A DNA stretch of 64,000 nt from positions 1 to 64,000 of the forward strand of contig JBAXAI010000018.1 in assembly GCA_037142615.1 (NCBI GenBank). Reading direction: 5' to 3'. The notes under the pieces were generated by a model. The model did no database searches. It worked only from the letters and a program-made list of their open reading frames with translations, and was not told where the DNA came from. Each line of letters starts with the position of its first letter. Within the stretch, counting starts at the first letter, position 1. The DNA is from Spirochaetales bacterium. GTDB taxonomy: Bacteria; Spirochaetota; Spirochaetia; JABEVK01. The position numbers and the translations under genes were made by a program. Below, piece by piece: positions 29,866 through 37,290 of this stretch.

Positions 29866-31707
29866 ATGTGTGGAATTGTTGGTTACGTGGGGCCTCGCAA
29901 GGCCGCTGAAGTGCTGTTGCAAGGGCTCAAGATGCTCGAATACCGCGGCTACGACTCGTCGGGTATCGCCTACCTGCACCGCAACGCCATCAAGGTGTAC
30001 AAAAAGGAAGGCAAGATTAACAACCTCGAGAGTGTGCTGCCCGAATCGGCCCCCTCGCATTGTGGGCTCGGGCACACCCGCTGGGCAACCCACGGCAAGG
30101 TGAACGACCTCAACAGTCACCCCCACCTGAGCCAGTCGGGCAAAATTGCCATCGTGCACAACGGCATCATCGACAACTACAACGCGCTCAAGCACGAGCT
30201 TCAGGCCAAGGGCGTGGTCTTCAAGAGCGAGACCGACAGCGAGGTCATCGCGCATCTGGTGGAGCAATACCTCGACGCCGACACCGCCGCTGGTCCCGAG
30301 GAAGCCGTTCGCAAGACTCTGGCCCGGCTGGTGGGCACCTACGGCATCGTCGTGCTGTTCACCGACTTTCCCGACCTGCTCATCGGCGCCAAGAACGGCT
30401 CGCCGCTGGTGGTAGGGCAGGGCGACGGCGAAATCTTCCTCGCCAGCGACCCGGCCGCGTTTATCGGCTACACGCGCAACGCCGCCTTTTTGGAAGACCG
30501 CGAAATGGTCGTCATCCGCAAGAATGAATGGGTGACCAAGACCTTGGGCAACGTGGTGGTGGCCCGCGAGGCCGAAGCCCTCAACTGGAGCGCCGAAGCC
30601 GCCTCGATGGGCGAGTTTCCCCACTACTTCGTCAAAGAGATTTTTGAGCAGCCCGAGGCCATGCGCCGAGCGCTGGGTCACGGCGGCCGCCTGATGCCCG
30701 ACTTCGGGACCGCCAAGCTCGGCGGCCTCAACCTTGAAAGCCGTGACTTGCTCGACGTGAAGCGCGTGGTGTTCATCGGCATGGGTTCCGCGCTGCTGGC
30801 CAGCCAGGTCGGCGCCTACCTGCTCGAAACCGTGGCCCGGATTCCCGCCACCGCCGAAGACAGCTCCGAGTTCCGTTACCGCAACCCCATCGTCGAAAAA
30901 GATACGCTGTATTTCGCCGTCAGCCAGAGCGGCGAGACCGCTGACACCATCCTCGCGATGCAAGAGATCCAGCAGCGCGGCGGTCGTGTGCTGGGCATCG
31001 TCAACGCCGTTGGCTCCACCATCGCGCGCCTGTGCAAGGGCGGGGTGTACATCCACGCCGGCCCGGAAATCTCGGTGACGAGCAGCAAGGCCTTCTTGGG
31101 CCAGATGGCGGTGATGAATCTGCTCACTGTCCTGTTCGCGCGTATGCACATTTTGAGTTTGGCGCGCGGACGCGAGATCATCGAACACCTGGCCGCGCTG
31201 CCTGCCTTGATGGACATCGCCCTCCAGCAGAGCCCGCACATCCAGAACGTGGCGCGCAAGTACATCCAGCACAAGAACTTCCTGTACATGGGGCGTGGCA
31301 TTCAGTTTCCCATCGCGCTCGAAGGCGCGCTCAAGCTCAAGGAGATCAGCTACGTACACGCCGAGGGCTTCAGCTCGGGCGGCCTCAAGCACGGTCCGCT
31401 CGCGCTGGTGAGCCCCGACACCCCCTGCCTGTTTATCATCACCGAGGGCGAAACCTTCGAAAAGGTGCTCGGCAACATGCAGGAGGTGAAGGCCCGAAAT
31501 GGGAAGATTATCGCTGTCACCAATAGTAACGACCAGCGCGTCGCTGCCCTCGCTGACGACGTGATCAAGGTCCCACTCACCGAGGAATTGATGGCGCCCT
31601 TCCTGACGCTCATACCTCTCCAGTTGTTCGCGTACTACACGGCCGTTGAACTGGGTGTCGACGTGGACAGGCCGCGCAATCTCGCGAAGTCGGTGACAAC
31701 CGAGTGA
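29866..31707 (+). CDS. glmS: Glutamine--fructose-6-phosphate aminotransferase
   Basis: MCGIVG, LEYRGYDS, GHTRWATHG, HNGII, SQSGETADT, EGALKLKEISY, KHGP, PRNLAKSVT. Confidence 0.96.
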   Translation: MCGIVGYVGPRKAAEVLLQGLKMLEYRGYDSSGIAYLHRNAIKVYKKEGKINNLESVLPESAPSHCGLGHTRWATHGKVNDLNSHPHLSQSGKIAIVHNGIIDNYNALKHELQAKGVVFKSETDSEVIAHLVEQYLDADTAAGPEEAVRKTLARLVGTYGIVVLFTDFPDLLIGAKNGSPLVVGQGDGEIFLASDPAAFIGYTRNAAFLEDREMVVIRKNEWVTKTLGNVVVAREAEALNWSAEAASMGEFPHYFVKEIFEQPEAMRRALGHGGRLMPDFGTAKLGGLNLESRDLLDVKRVVFIGMGSALLASQVGAYLLETVARIPATAEDSSEFRYRNPIVEKDTLYFAVSQSGETADTILAMQEIQQRGGRVLGIVNAVGSTIARLCKGGVYIHAGPEISVTSSKAFLGQMAVMNLLTVLFARMHILSLARGREIIEHLAALPALMDIALQQSPHIQNVARKYIQHKNFLYMGRGIQFPIALEGALKLKEISYVHAEGFSSGGLKHGPLALVSPDTPCLFIITEGETFEKVLGNMQEVKARNGKIIAVTNSNDQRVAALADDVIKVPLTEELMAPFLTLIPLQLFAYYTAVELGVDVDRPRNLAKSVTTE

Positions 31708-31780
31708 GTGAGATTGCGATGGCGTAAGCCGACCTTGGTCGGCGTCGCCCGGATTCTCGCGAAGTCGGTGACAACCGAGT
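31680..31780 (+). repeat. 26-bp direct repeat of the glmS 3' end flanking a 49-nt hairpin-containing spacer
   Basis: tctcgcgaagtcggtgacaaccgagt at 31680-31705 and 31755-31780; palindrome gccgacc-tt-ggtcggc at 31728-31743. Confidence 0.95.
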
Positions 31781-31878
31781 AGTTAGCCTTTTACCAAGAC
31801 CTGTGACACGGCCGAACTTTTGGTCTCAAAAATCAAAGTTTGTATGGATTAATTAGGAATAATGGACATAATAGGAGT

Positions 31879-33093
31879 ATGAGTAACGTAGCCGAACCGT
31901 TTGCCCCCTCGGAAGAGGGTGTTTCTGCTCCTTCGAAGTTGCGCTTGCTTCCCCGTCCGGTCGAAGTCGCGCCCGCCGAAGTTCACCCGACCAACCAAGG
32001 GGTGCTCCCGACCTTCCTGGTGGGCCTTGTCTTCTGCCTCACCGCCATGTTGTGGGACCTGCTGGTTTCGCGGGAGTTTTCCCTGATCCCCATCAGTCCG
32101 TTCTGCTTTTTGGGCTTCCTGATCGCGGAGTTCCTGCTCACCGAGCGCTGGTTCCGCAAGGCCGATGCGCAAAGTTCAGCGCTGGGCCAAAAGGTAACCC
32201 AAACGGAAGTGGCTCTGCTTGAGGCCGCCGAAGCCTACCGCCGCTTCGTTCCCGAACAGTTCCTTCGCCATCTGGAGCGCCGGTCCATCTCGCAGGTTCG
32301 CCTCGGCGATCAGGTCGCCCTGGGGATGACCGTGATGTTTGCCGACATCCGCAACTACACAGCCATGAGCGAACATCTCACCCCTGAAGAGAACTTCTCG
32401 CTCCTCAACAGTTACTTTGGCCACATCGGGCCGGTGATCCGCGAACAGTTCGGCTTCGTCGACAAATACATCGGCGACGCTATCATGGCTTTGTTCGACG
32501 GTCCTGTCGATGAAGCGATCGCCGCCGCCGTCGGCATTCAGCTGGCCACCGCAGAGTACAACCGAAGTCGTTCCGACTACGGCCCCGGGCCCATCCATAT
32601 TGGTGTCGGCCTGCACGCCGGTCCGTTGATGCTCGGAGTGATCGGCGAACTCGACCGCATGGAAAGCACCGTCCTCGCCGATGCTGTCAACCTTGCCAGC
32701 CGAATTGAGTCGCTGACAAAGTACTACGATTGCAAGATTCTCCTTACCCGCACAACCTTTGAGGCGCAGACTGACCCGATGCCCTACGAGACCCGCCCGG
32801 TCGACTTGGTACGGGTCAAAGGCCGCAGCCAGGCCGTCGAACTGCTCGAAATCCTGGACGTTCGCTTCGACCCGAGAGCACGACTCAAGATCGAGCTGGC
32901 CGCTCACTTGGCCGAAGCCCTCATTGTCTATCGCAGCGGAGATCTGATCGAAGCCCGGAGTTTGTTCCAGCGCCTGGCCTACCGGGACCCCGAAGATATT
33001 CTGTACGGCATCTACCGGCGTCGTATCGACGAGATGATTCGCATGGGAATCCCCGATGGCTGGACAGGAATCAACGAGTTCGCGTTCAAGTGA
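31879..33093 (+). CDS. Class III adenylate/guanylate cyclase, 2-TM, paralog 1
   Basis: FADIRNYT, DKYIGDAIMALF, IGVGLH.G, STVLADAVNLASRIE, VKGR; C-terminal TPR-like helices. Confidence 0.92.
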   Translation: MSNVAEPFAPSEEGVSAPSKLRLLPRPVEVAPAEVHPTNQGVLPTFLVGLVFCLTAMLWDLLVSREFSLIPISPFCFLGFLIAEFLLTERWFRKADAQSSALGQKVTQTEVALLEAAEAYRRFVPEQFLRHLERRSISQVRLGDQVALGMTVMFADIRNYTAMSEHLTPEENFSLLNSYFGHIGPVIREQFGFVDKYIGDAIMALFDGPVDEAIAAAVGIQLATAEYNRSRSDYGPGPIHIGVGLHAGPLMLGVIGELDRMESTVLADAVNLASRIESLTKYYDCKILLTRTTFEAQTDPMPYETRPVDLVRVKGRSQAVELLEILDVRFDPRARLKIELAAHLAEALIVYRSGDLIEARSLFQRLAYRDPEDILYGIYRRRIDEMIRMGIPDGWTGINEFAFK

Positions 33094-34316
33094 GCCGACC
33101 CTTCGTCAAGTCGGATCCGCCCACCAGTCTGGAACCCACCATCGGGCACCTTCGTCTTGTGCCTGTCGCCAGTCCACCGGATCCAGAGGTTCTGAAGGCC
33201 GTTGTCACCGCGAGTCAGCGGGCCTTGGCGCCCACCTTTGCGGTGGGCGTCGTGCTCTGCCTGGCGGGCCTGGCGTTCGATCTGTCGCCGTGGCATAGAC
33301 TTGTTGCCGTTCCTGTTACGCCGCTGGTGCTTCTGGGCTACCTCGTGGTCGGTTTCGCGCTGGCCCGAAGGTGGTTTCAGCAGGCCGACGTTTCAACGGT
33401 CGAGCTGAACCAAAAGCTCACTGACACGGAACTCGCCCTGATCGAGGCCGCCGACGCCTACAGTCGCTTTTTCCCCGAGCAGTTTCTGCGGCACTTCGAG
33501 CGCAAGTCGGTCGCGCAGGTACGTCTGGGGGACCAAGTTGCTCGCGGAATGACCGTCATGTTTGCCGACATCCGCAACTTTACCGCCATGAGCGAAAACT
33601 TGACTCCCGAAGAGAACTTCCGGTTCCTAAACGACTACTATGGTCGCATAGGCCCCGTCATACGGGAACAATACGGCTTCATCGACAAATACATCGGCGA
33701 TGCCATCATGGCCCTCTTCGATGGTCCGGTAGACGAAGCTATCGCTGCCGCTGTTGCCATCCAGTTGGCGACCGCCGACTACAACCTGAATCTCAAGGAC
33801 CAGCGGTTTGGCCCCATCACGATCGGTGTGGGCTTGCACAGCGGGCCGTTGATGTTGGGTGTGATCGGCGAGATCGACCGGATGGAAAGCACGGTGATCG
33901 CCGACGCCGTGAACCTGGCCAGTCGCATCGAGTCACTGACGAAGTACTACGATTGCCGAATCCTTCTTACCCGCTCGACCTTTGAGGCTCAGTCGGATCC
34001 ATTGCCGTACATGACTCGACCGGTTGACTTGGTCCGGGTCAAGGGCCGCCGGGAGTCCGTGGAACTGCTCGAAATCCTCGACGAGCGGTTTGACCCGCGG
34101 GCTTTCCTCAAAAGGGACCTCGCGGCGCACTTAGCCGAGGCTCTGATCGTGTACCGACGCGGTGAGTTTCAGGAAGCGCGTATCCTGTTTCAGCGTTTGG
34201 CCTATTTGGACCCGCAAGACGTGCTCTACGGGATCTATCGGCGACGAACCGAAGAGATGGTTCGGCTCGGAAAACCCGAAGGCTGGACGGGAATCAACGA
34301 ATTCGCTTTCAAGTGA
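33090..34316 (+). CDS. Class III adenylate/guanylate cyclase, 2-TM, paralog 2
   Basis: Same motifs as paralog 1; GTGA start/stop overlap; identical C-terminus GWTGINEFAFK. Confidence 0.92.
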   Translation: MSRPFVKSDPPTSLEPTIGHLRLVPVASPPDPEVLKAVVTASQRALAPTFAVGVVLCLAGLAFDLSPWHRLVAVPVTPLVLLGYLVVGFALARRWFQQADVSTVELNQKLTDTELALIEAADAYSRFFPEQFLRHFERKSVAQVRLGDQVARGMTVMFADIRNFTAMSENLTPEENFRFLNDYYGRIGPVIREQYGFIDKYIGDAIMALFDGPVDEAIAAAVAIQLATADYNLNLKDQRFGPITIGVGLHSGPLMLGVIGEIDRMESTVIADAVNLASRIESLTKYYDCRILLTRSTFEAQSDPLPYMTRPVDLVRVKGRRESVELLEILDERFDPRAFLKRDLAAHLAEALIVYRRGEFQEARILFQRLAYLDPQDVLYGIYRRRTEEMVRLGKPEGWTGINEFAFK

Positions 34317-34352
34317 TTCGCACTATCGGTTACACTGCTCGTAGGAGTCCTC

Positions 34353-34994
34353 ATGTCGGAGCAGGTTGTCAAGATTGTTTCCATTACTAAACTTACCCAC
34401 AATATCAAGTCCTACAAGGTAGAGAAACCTGCCGACTTCGTGTTCACCTCCGGACAGGCCGTCGAATTGGCGGTGAACCAGAAGCGCTGGGAGAAAGAAC
34501 CCCGGCCTTTCAGCCCCGTGAGCCTTCCCAAGGACCATGAGCTGGAGTTTGTCATCAAGTCGTACCGTGAGTCTCGTGGAGTGACTTCGATTTTTGACAC
34601 GCTCAAGAGAGACGCCGAGTTGTTGCTTGGTGATCCTTGGGACTGCTTCCACTACAAGGGGCCGGGACTCTTTCTTGCGGGCGGAACTGGCGTCACGCCG
34701 TTCTTGTCCATTTTTCGCCAGCTCGCGTCCGATGGCCGTTTGGCAGGCAACCGCTTGATCTGGGCCAACACCACCGAGCACGACACGTTTTATGACGACG
34801 AGTTTCACCGTTTGCTCGACGCGGGTTACCTTCCCACGGTTGGGCGGATCAAGTTGTCGGCGATCCGTAAGCTCCTCAAGCCCGCCACCGACTGGGTGTA
34901 CATCTGCGGACCCGAGGACTTTGAAACCGCTACGGTCGACTTTGTCACCGAATTGGGCGTACCCACCAACAAAATCCTCCGCGAGGAAGAGTAG
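34353..34994 (+). CDS. FAD-binding ferredoxin/flavodoxin reductase-like oxidoreductase
   Basis: GQAV, RPFS, LAGGTGVTPF, YICGP. Confidence 0.85.
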   Translation: MSEQVVKIVSITKLTHNIKSYKVEKPADFVFTSGQAVELAVNQKRWEKEPRPFSPVSLPKDHELEFVIKSYRESRGVTSIFDTLKRDAELLLGDPWDCFHYKGPGLFLAGGTGVTPFLSIFRQLASDGRLAGNRLIWANTTEHDTFYDDEFHRLLDAGYLPTVGRIKLSAIRKLLKPATDWVYICGPEDFETATVDFVTELGVPTNKILREEE

Positions 34995-34995
34995 G

Positions 34996-36168
34996 TTACA
35001 GGACCCGCAGCAACACGCCCTTGAGGTACTCAGCCTCGGGCATGCTGGTTCGGATGGGGTGGCAGGGGGCTTGGTGCAACTGTCGGACCACGTCGACCCG
35101 TCGGCCGGAATCCTTGGCCGCGAAGGCAATCATTTCACGGAAGGCGCCGAAACTCACCAGACCGCTGCAACTGAAACTCGCCAGATAGCCGCCACTTTCC
35201 AGCAGCTTGAGCGCCTGCAGGTTCAGGTCCTTGTAGCCTCGCATGGCTTTTTCCAAGTGCTCACGCGCCGTGGCAAGTTTGGGTGGGTCGAGCACGATGG
35301 CACCAAAGGTTCGTCCCTGCTTTTTCAAATCCCGCAGGAGTTGAAAGGCGTCGCCTTCGAAGACCTCTTGTGCGCTGTAGCCGTTGGCAGCCAAGTTCTT
35401 GGCGGCCTGCGCGAGCGCGTCGGCACTCGAATCGAGCAAGCTGACCGACGCCGCCCCGGCGCGCAGGGCGTGAACTGCGAAGCCCCCGGTAAACGTGAAC
35501 GCGTCGAGCACGGTGCGTCCCTTGAAATAGGGGGACACTGCCACCCTGTTGTCCCGCTGATCGGTGTAGAAGCCGGTCTTTTGGGCCGTCGGGTCCACCA
35601 GGAAGCGGGCACCATTCTCGGTAATGGCGATTTCTCCCGAGGTCTGTCCCCACAGCACCCCCGTCACTTCCGGAAGTCCCTCCATTCGGCGTCCGTCGCC
35701 GTCCGATTTTTCCAGGATTCCACGTAAGTTGGGAATGTTCTGCTGAAAGAGTCCGGTGATCAGCGCCTTTTCGCGGTCGGCCCCGCTCGTGAGGAACTGC
35801 AACACCAAAAAGGGACCAAACAGGTCGGCCACGAGCCCAGGAATCCCGTCCGACTCCGAAAAGAACACACGCAACGCGTCGGTGGTGACAAGCACCGGCT
35901 GGCGCAACGCCCAAGCCTCCTCCAAACGGGTTCGGTACCACAGGTCGTCGATCGTCACGCCCTCGTTCCATTCCATCAGACGCAGCCGGATCTTTGAACC
36001 CGGGTTGAACTGGCCCGTGGCCACGAACTTTCCCTCGGCAGTTCGCACCGTCACTAGTTCGCCCGCCGCAGGCTGACCTTCCACGCGGGAAATTGCGCCC
36101 GAAAAGACCCAGGGATGGCGGTTGAGCGCCAGTTTCTCCCGACCGGGAAGCAGAGTGACAATCTTCAT
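34996..36168 (-). CDS. rlmI: 23S rRNA m5C1962 methyltransferase (RlmI-like)
   Basis: HPWVFSG PUA domain, ESDGIPG, QKTGFYTDQR, LDPP, SCSG, EYLK. Confidence 0.85.
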   Translation of the reverse strand: MKIVTLLPGREKLALNRHPWVFSGAISRVEGQPAAGELVTVRTAEGKFVATGQFNPGSKIRLRLMEWNEGVTIDDLWYRTRLEEAWALRQPVLVTTDALRVFFSESDGIPGLVADLFGPFLVLQFLTSGADREKALITGLFQQNIPNLRGILEKSDGDGRRMEGLPEVTGVLWGQTSGEIAITENGARFLVDPTAQKTGFYTDQRDNRVAVSPYFKGRTVLDAFTFTGGFAVHALRAGAASVSLLDSSADALAQAAKNLAANGYSAQEVFEGDAFQLLRDLKKQGRTFGAIVLDPPKLATAREHLEKAMRGYKDLNLQALKLLESGGYLASFSCSGLVSFGAFREMIAFAAKDSGRRVDVVRQLHQAPCHPIRTSMPEAEYLKGVLLRVL

Positions 36169-36224
36169 CCGATGAGTCTAACTTGGATTTGCCTTCGGCT
36201 ACAATCGTCGCTACATTGGGTTTT

Positions 36225-37121
36225 ATGCCTATTCCGACCTACCCCGATTTTGCCCCGATCACGCTGGACATGCGGGGCGAACTGCACCCTTGGTTCCAGA
36301 CGTTGGAAGCGGGCCTGTCCGAGTTCACTTTTTCGAACATTTTCTTGTTCCGGCACAACTACGACTACCAGCTTTCTCGTTTTGCCGAGGGTAAATACCT
36401 GATCCTCGGTGCCAAGAATGGGCGGACGTTCTTTTCTGCGCCCTGGGGGCCCCCGTCGCTGGAAATTGTCCAGGAACTCCTGCGAAAGGTGGACTTTTAC
36501 AAGAACCTTAACGAGAGTCAGGTGGCCCAGCACGGGCCCGAGTACGAGGCGGCGGGCTATCAACTGGTCGAAGACCGCGACAACTTCGACTACCTGTACG
36601 ATAGTACCGAAATGGCCACCCTGGACGGCAAGAAGTTCCACAAAAAGCGCAACCACATCCATCAGTTTTTCGCGGCCTACCCTGCCGGCTTTGAAGGTCG
36701 TGACATGACCAGCGCCGCCGCCGATACCGAAGCGGCCCTGGCAGTCCTGGAGCATTGGCAGAGCAGCCGCGAAGACCGTTCCGACTATCTGCCCTCCAAA
36801 GATGCTATCTATTTGCGCGACGAACTCGAGCTGGCCGGGCGAATCTGGACGCTGAACGGCCGAACCGTGGGCTTTGCCCAAGGCGAACCGACCCAACTTG
36901 GGCAGACGTTTACCATTCATTTTGAGAAGGCCGACGGGTTCGAGTACAAAGGGGTCTACCAGGCGATCTTCTTCGATTGGGCGGGGCTGCTCAAGGACCG
37001 CTTCGCGCTGATTAACCGCGAGCAGGACCTCGGCGACCCCGGCCTGCGGCAGGCCAAAGAGACCTATCGGCCTGTCGGTTTTGTGCGCAAGTACCGGGTG
37101 GAGAAAGCACCCCCGGCGTAA
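36225..37121 (+). CDS. DUF2156 / aminoacyl-PG synthase catalytic-like domain protein
   Basis: SEFTFSN, RDNFDYLY, GKKFHKKRNH, HFEKA, INREQDLGDPGLRQAKETYRP. Confidence 0.85.
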   Translation: MPIPTYPDFAPITLDMRGELHPWFQTLEAGLSEFTFSNIFLFRHNYDYQLSRFAEGKYLILGAKNGRTFFSAPWGPPSLEIVQELLRKVDFYKNLNESQVAQHGPEYEAAGYQLVEDRDNFDYLYDSTEMATLDGKKFHKKRNHIHQFFAAYPAGFEGRDMTSAAADTEAALAVLEHWQSSREDRSDYLPSKDAIYLRDELELAGRIWTLNGRTVGFAQGEPTQLGQTFTIHFEKADGFEYKGVYQAIFFDWAGLLKDRFALINREQDLGDPGLRQAKETYRPVGFVRKYRVEKAPPA

Positions 37122-37231
37122 AGCGACATTTTTGTCTGATCATCCCACCGTCCGGTAGCCAGCCGTGTCTGCCATCGATCAACCCCTTGCCAAAACCGCA
37201 GTTTCCGGGCAGAATTCCGCCGGTCTGCCTC

Positions 37232-37248
37232 TTGGCACGTGTTTTGCT
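37232..37248 (+). promoter_or_regulatory. Sigma-54 (-24/-12) promoter of glnA
   Basis: tTGGCACgtgttTTGCt, consensus spacing, 42 nt before the ATG. Confidence 0.85.
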
Positions 37249-37290
37249 AAGGCAATAGATCTCATAGACCCTTTTGATAGGAGTACAAAC

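Noticed and set aside
31705-31750. UGA plus hairpin as a selenocysteine SECIS
   Set aside because: The UGA sits at the normal GlmS C-terminus, not at a Cys-equivalent position
31680-31780. 26-bp repeat plus spacer as a mini-CRISPR
   Set aside because: Only two copies, the repeat is glmS coding sequence, and there are no cas genes
31879-34316. Cyclase paralogs as a DGR template/variable repeat pair
   Set aside because: Differences are spread over whole genes, largely at synonymous positions and not adenine-specific; no reverse transcriptase in the window
31783-34994. Intact Tn7-like element at attTn7
   Set aside because: No tnsABCD/tniQ genes, no recognisable Tn7 ends or 5-bp target duplication; the TGT at 31802 is not followed by TnsB-site repeats
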